The notes beneath the pieces are model-generated. The model searched no databases and was not told where the DNA came from. It was given only the letters and a program-made list of their open reading frames with translations. A program made the position numbers and the translations under genes. A stretch of 55,708 nucleotides of DNA, the filler included, from Trypethelium eluteriae (lineage: Eukaryota), in the NCBI GenBank assembly GCA_051942245.1. It is 2 parts of 2 records of this genome, joined end to end, with 100 filler letters (N's around TTAATTAATTAA, not from the genome) between each part and the next. Parts side by side here need not be neighbours in the genome. Positions count along the whole stretch, not along the records: positions 27,910 to 55,708 come from JAVECL010000323.1; 1 more part is not named here. One strand, 5' to 3'. Below, piece after piece: positions 50,800 through 55,708 of this stretch (position 1 is its first letter; each line of letters begins with the position of its first letter).

Positions 50800-51894
50800 A
50801 TGATCACCCCGAAAGAAACCCAACCGCTTTCGGTTCACGTCTCCTCTGTAAGTGCACTACCATTCTCAAGTTGACTAATGATGGCTAACAAGCACTCCAG
50901 TACAACGAAAAACGAGGCAAATGGGCACTCGATGTTCTGGGCACTACAGTCGAAAATGATGAGATATTTCAAGCTGAACTCGTAGGTGCTCCACAAGACA
51001 TATTGCTCGTGATTATTGCTAACCTTTTTTTCTTAGAGGGAACACGAAGTTGGATCTGCAAATGGTCTTCCATCAGTCATCATCCGTCAAGGCCAACCCT
51101 TCCCATTCACTTGTTTACCTCCAGAGGTCCGCAATCTGGTTTACGACCATCTGTTTCCCCGCATCAATGTTTCCTATTATAAACTAGATGGGGACAACAG
51201 CGAGGACGACGGCGAGGACGAGGGAGAGGGCGAGGACAAGGATGAGGGTGAGGAAGAGGACGACGATGAGGATGAGGACGAGGACGAGGCTGAAGATAAG
51301 GACGACTTTGACTATAATGACAAGTTTGACGACCTCATCGACATGACTCGTGAGGAGTTCTTTTCCAACGAGCACCTTGCGATTACGCAAGTTTCACGAG
51401 AAATCAGACGCGAAATTATGCCTATTGTGCTCGGAAATACCCGCTGGTTCTTCCCGAAAATCTATCATTTTCACGCATTCATTGGCAGACTACAAGACCT
51501 CCGGATTTACCTCCGCCAACTTCAAATTTTCCCTGGCCGTGACGAGAGGATGAATGCACTCTTCAGGGCCTTAGTGGACTGTACGCGGCTAGAACGGCTC
51601 TGTTTGACCTATGATTTCGTCGGAACCCTCTGGCAGAAGACCGGAGAACTATATGAAGATGCCAAACCCTGGATCTACACGCTTGCACTGGCGCGTGGGA
51701 AAAAAAAGGCAGCTCTCGATATCCTTACTGTAGAAGGCAGCGTACAAATAGGACAGTTGTGGCAAAGGCAGGATGAGCATAGCCCTGAGGAATTCGAGGA
51801 AGAGCTGAGGACTCATGCTGCCCGAGATCCTGTGCTTAAAAATCTGTTCTCTAAGCACAAATCCCCTGCAGCTGCCATAATGGGGAAGGATTAA
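50800..51894 (+). CDS. F-box-like fungal protein with long Asp/Glu tract; 3 exons; paralog of the upstream gene
   Basis: FPFTCLPPEVRNLVYDHL, an acidic run at ~51190-51340, then LAITQVSREIRREIMPIVLG. Introns start GTAAGT (~50848) and GTAGGT (~50982). Confidence 0.75.
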
Positions 51895-52362
51895 TACTCG
51901 GGGGTACCCACGATTATTGGTCCATGGCCGCGGTGTCTGTTATCAGAGTTCTTAATGGAGGAGAGCGAATATCTCTACATTCAAGTCATGATTAAGGATT
52001 CTAAAATGCCCTCCCTTATGGCTCTGAACTTCATCACTAGTGGCCTACTTTTTCGAGCTTAATGTCACAATACCACACACCGTAAAAGCCCTGCGTTAGT
52101 ATTCTAACAAAACATACTCGGTTTTCTTCGCGCTACGTACCTCAGTCCCTGTGCAAGTTCGCAATCGCCTATTGACGTAATTACGCGCGCCAGGAACCAA
52201 GTAAGACAGCCATCATCAAATGTTGAATGAGTGTTCCTATTTTGTGTTTGATAGAAGTCCCGGACTTTTCAGTACAGTACAAGCGCCTCGTATCAACCAA
52301 CGCCAACCCCGGACATCCATATCCTCCAGCAAGCCAGAAAAGCCTCAACGTATTCTCCCAGC

Positions 52363-53546
52363 TTAGCTATCCAACTCGACCTTTTGACCATCAAATTTCA
52401 AGTGAGCCACGAAAAGCTGCCTGTGCTTCTTCTTATCCCCCTGCTGCTCGGACGTAAAGAGCATCGTAGTAGGGTTGCCATCCATAAACTGCGGGCCACC
52501 GGGCGACGTGATTTTGACTCCAGCGTAGTCACCCGTCTTCACAATCGTACCCTGGTGCTCGAACTTACCGGTCAGCGTCGCCGAAGTCGCGTAGTCGATC
52601 TGGAAGTCATTCTTCTTCGGTTCGCCTGTCACATAGACGAGAACATACCCCTGCGTCTGAGGATTCTGGAGGATGGCATGGCCCTGGGTGCGGTGGTCGC
52701 TGTGCTTAGTACCGTTCTGGCCAGTCTTCTCCTGAGGGTATGGGTGGATGAGATCATGCGGCTTGCCGACGAGGTTCTTGCCCTCGTTCTGGTCGACTTC
52801 TTGGAGGAGAAGACGGCTCGTCTTCGCCGCATCAGCGGAAGTGTTATTCTTGTATAGAAGATGCCGGGTGTTATTGAAGATCACGCTCTTTGGATTGATC
52901 AGGTCATCCTCTTTTTCACCTTTTGTGCAGTGAAATGGCTGATTGGTGGGTTCGTACGGGCCAGCAGGATGGTTAGAGTACGCAATGCCAACACAGTGTT
53001 GTTTGTGCTCTTTGTGCTTTCCTTGCTTGTCGGGTGCATTGCTCTCCATGGGGCTTAGCGACTGTACGGTGGGCTGAGGTTGCTCAGGCTTCGGTTCGGG
53101 ACGCGCTACGGAGAAATACATCACATACTTCCCATTTGACTGCAACAGAATGATGTTAGCGAGATATACATTTCGGTAACACGTAAAAGGATCATTCCAA
53201 GACTCACCAGCTGACTGACGTCAGGACTTCCGATGACTGTATCGGGACCTTTGGCCCATTCTGGGAGACTTTCGAGACCAGAGCCGTTATCTAGTTTCCA
53301 ACCCGCGTCGACCTGTTTGGAATGAGCCACTGGAACGCTCACGTTCTTTCCCTTAATGTGATGCTCGTTGGCAAAGGCATAGAAGCCGGATCCTTTGGTG
53401 CCCAAGATGTTTGGATCTGGGAAGCCTGAAATTTCGATTGGGCCGTCAATGGCTTTCCTTGGCGGAGACATAGGTTTCGCGACTGTGGACTGGGAATACA
53501 GGGCCAGAGCCATGGCCAAGCTGACCAGAGATGTTTGAGACAACAT
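52363..53546 (-). CDS. Secreted glycoside hydrolase family 43-like five-bladed beta-propeller; intron 53140-53207
   Basis: Signal peptide, FPDP, YAFA, SPDV, YVMYFS, HCVGIAYS..PAGPY, IDYATS..LTG.F and SPGG. Confidence 0.8.
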
Positions 53547-55411
53547 TTCGAAAGATTGAGGGTATCAGATCCAAGGCAGAGCTGAAACGGATCCTATTAT
53601 GTTAGGATAGCTGATTCACTGATGAGTAGTGCAGCACCAGGCTGAAGTTTAGGACTTTGAGATGAGAGAAAAAACAAAATTTCTGTGGGAAGACGAGTTA
53701 GGGCTATCGCACCAGGCCAATAGTCAACCCTTAATGGAAAGAAAGTGAGAATGAGATGAACAAAGACTACAGCACCAGGCTGATGTCAAGAATTGGAAAT
53801 AAAGGATAATGGTGGGTACGGAAAGATAGTCACCTGAAGAACACTGAGTGATACCCTTATATATGGCAGGAAGTCTTCCGATGCTTCATCGCCTTCGTCA
53901 TGGGAATGATCAGTCGTAGAGGCCATCAGGCTGTAGGAATTGTATCGATTGTCAAGATGGCAAGACGTCCGGCACAGATGGTAATCATGCCGACAGGATC
54001 GCGATTAGGCTAGGATAAGGATCTTTTTCTAAAGATACTCGATCCCATACATGTCACAAAATGCTGGAAGCTAGCCTGCCAAACTACACTTCCTGTACGG
54101 TAGCGGCAGTCTCGATAGTCAGCGAAACAGTAGACGTAGACCTGTCTTCCCATTGCTCAGGATGTAATGTCAGAGTATTATGGGCCCAAGTAGGCTAAGC
54201 TCTCAATCTTCCAGCTGTTCTCCTCTTGCTGGCTCTAGATGAGTTCCAACTGATGGAAGGGATGCGCAGGGCGATGTGAAGGAGGAGTGGCACAGCCTGG
54301 AGTTTTCTGCAAGGTGGGCGGCACGGCACCGCGTGCTAAAATGTCAGTAATTTAGCCAATCGAGACAGTATCACTGCTTTGTAGTACTGTAATCTGTACG
54401 GCAATGTGCTCCCGGGATCTGTAAGCTGTAGGTCCGTAAGCATGATGTTCGTGTGTCTGCAGCTGTACTCTAGGGCACAGGGCGATCACTGCGGTCCTTG
54501 ACCCCTGTTACGGTAGCGGTTGTAGATCAAAGGCTACAGATCCTCACGGAATTAATTATGTATCGTCTCCATGAGCATTCAATCCGGCGGTGAGTTTCTT
54601 GACCTCTCAGCAATGACTGTGCCACTGGTTGCCGCTCTCGGACCTCCGAGAATGCTTGTGGGTTCCGAAAGTCAATACATTGGAATCGCTGCCACGGACA
54701 ACTTTCTGCTAGGCACAAGATGTGAACAACTGGTCACCATCCGAAGGCAGTTAAGGATAGTCTTATCTATTCTGCTATTCCTCAAATTATGGCTACGAAT
54801 CCACGCGCTCCTATCGTACTTCAGTCCATCGCCCTATCATGGGCCATAGACTTTAGCTTCACTTAATAAGCCTCAGCAGCATTTCACTTAACAAACGTTT
54901 ATGCTCAACGACGAAGGAGGTTCTCTCCCTCAAAGACACGCGCGAGGCAGGAGCAATGATGGAAAGGGTCCCAAACGCTGAAGGATGCTAGCAAAAAGTA
55001 CGTCGTTGAAGCCCCCTGAAGGAGATTCATGCCAATCTCTTACGGCGCTGTTCAATGCACGAGATGATTTTGAGGCGGATCTCGACCTATACTACCCGGA
55101 GCTATACTACATGCCAGCATACCTGAGGCCTCAAGAAACATCACCAAAATTGGAACGCAGAAGGTCGGTCCAATTAAATGAAGAGAAACTCTTAACCCCA
55201 TTGAGCAGCGGATCTAAGAGCCAGGCGCGTGATAGAATAAGCGATACCTTTACCTTTTTCTGACTTCTTATTTCTCGATATCGAAGTAATGCTATATAGC
55301 AACGGCTATGACCAGGAGGCAATTATGTCAGGAATCTAAAAGGACTCAAAGTCGAAGCTCTATCTGGTATCTTTCCCAGTTTATCCAAAGCCAACTCCCT
55401 TTCCCAAATCA

Positions 55412-55708
55412 TCATAACTTCGGTAAATCTTTACCCTCCTTCTCCCAGCCTTCCCTCCTCTTCTCTTTCGCGGCCTTCATCCACCCACGTACCTCCTCTT
55501 CCGTCCACCCACTTCCCAAGCCCTTCACGTCTAACGCACTCTCCTTCATCGTCTTTGCAGCCCACCAAGTACCCCTCGTCTCCAATCCCTCCTTTCCTTT
55601 CTCCACCATCTCTTTGATGCTTTCACCCCACAACTCCAAGCACCTCCTCGACGCGTCCAGCCCTTCCAAGATCATCGCAAAACAATGCGGCATCGCCTCG
55701 AACTGCTC
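55412..55708 (-). CDS. C-terminal end of an alpha/beta hydrolase (HSL-like esterase); partial
   Basis: EQFEAMPHCFAM resembles the catalytic His motif of Abhydrolase_3 proteins; the frame is open to the window edge. Confidence 0.6.
   Translation of the reverse strand, partial: EQFEAMPHCFAMILEGLDASRRCLELWGESIKEMVEKGKEGLETRGTWWAAKTMKESALDVKGLGSGWTEEEVRGWMKAAKEKRREGWEKEGKDLPKL

Noticed and set aside
1..55708. Starship/giant transposon, Fanzor, rRNA/tRNA genes or a secondary-metabolite cluster
   Set aside because: No tyrosine recombinase captain, RuvC/TnpB-like ORF, structured RNA gene, PKS or NRPS was seen. The many antisense ORFs over GC-rich genes are shadows of the real genes.

Overview
Genomic DNA of a filamentous ascomycete (Pezizomycotina): short GT-AG introns with CTRAC branch sites and the standard code. 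The window is two contigs joined by an artificial 100-nt spacer (N44-TTAATTAATTAA-N44, 27810-27909). The left half is mostly conserved genes: GPI13 3' end, a fungal dynamin-like GTPase, CDC123/CWC21, a PDR-type ABC transporter, a His-rich DUF4396-like membrane protein, a PUF3-like Pumilio protein and an ABM-domain protein. The right half starts with a degenerate TSC10-like copy, a PTH11-like membrane protein and a Gfo/Idh/MocA + SDR pair. It then contains an accessory-looking island (~34.5-43 kb) with three notable parts: a gene relic; a head-to-head pair of a trypsin-fold protease-like gene (Cys at the nucleophile position) and a C-terminal 2-TM protein, each interrupted by one TGA; and an intact 7-exon secreted subtilisin bracketed by two inverted copies of a ~180-bp hairpin MITE with TA ends (composite-transposon-like). 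Further right lie a conserved hypothetical protein, two tandem F-box-like paralogs, a secreted GH43-like protein with two catalytic acids apparently changed to amides, and the 3' end of an alpha/beta hydrolase. All family assignments come from motif recognition by eye; no database searches were run.
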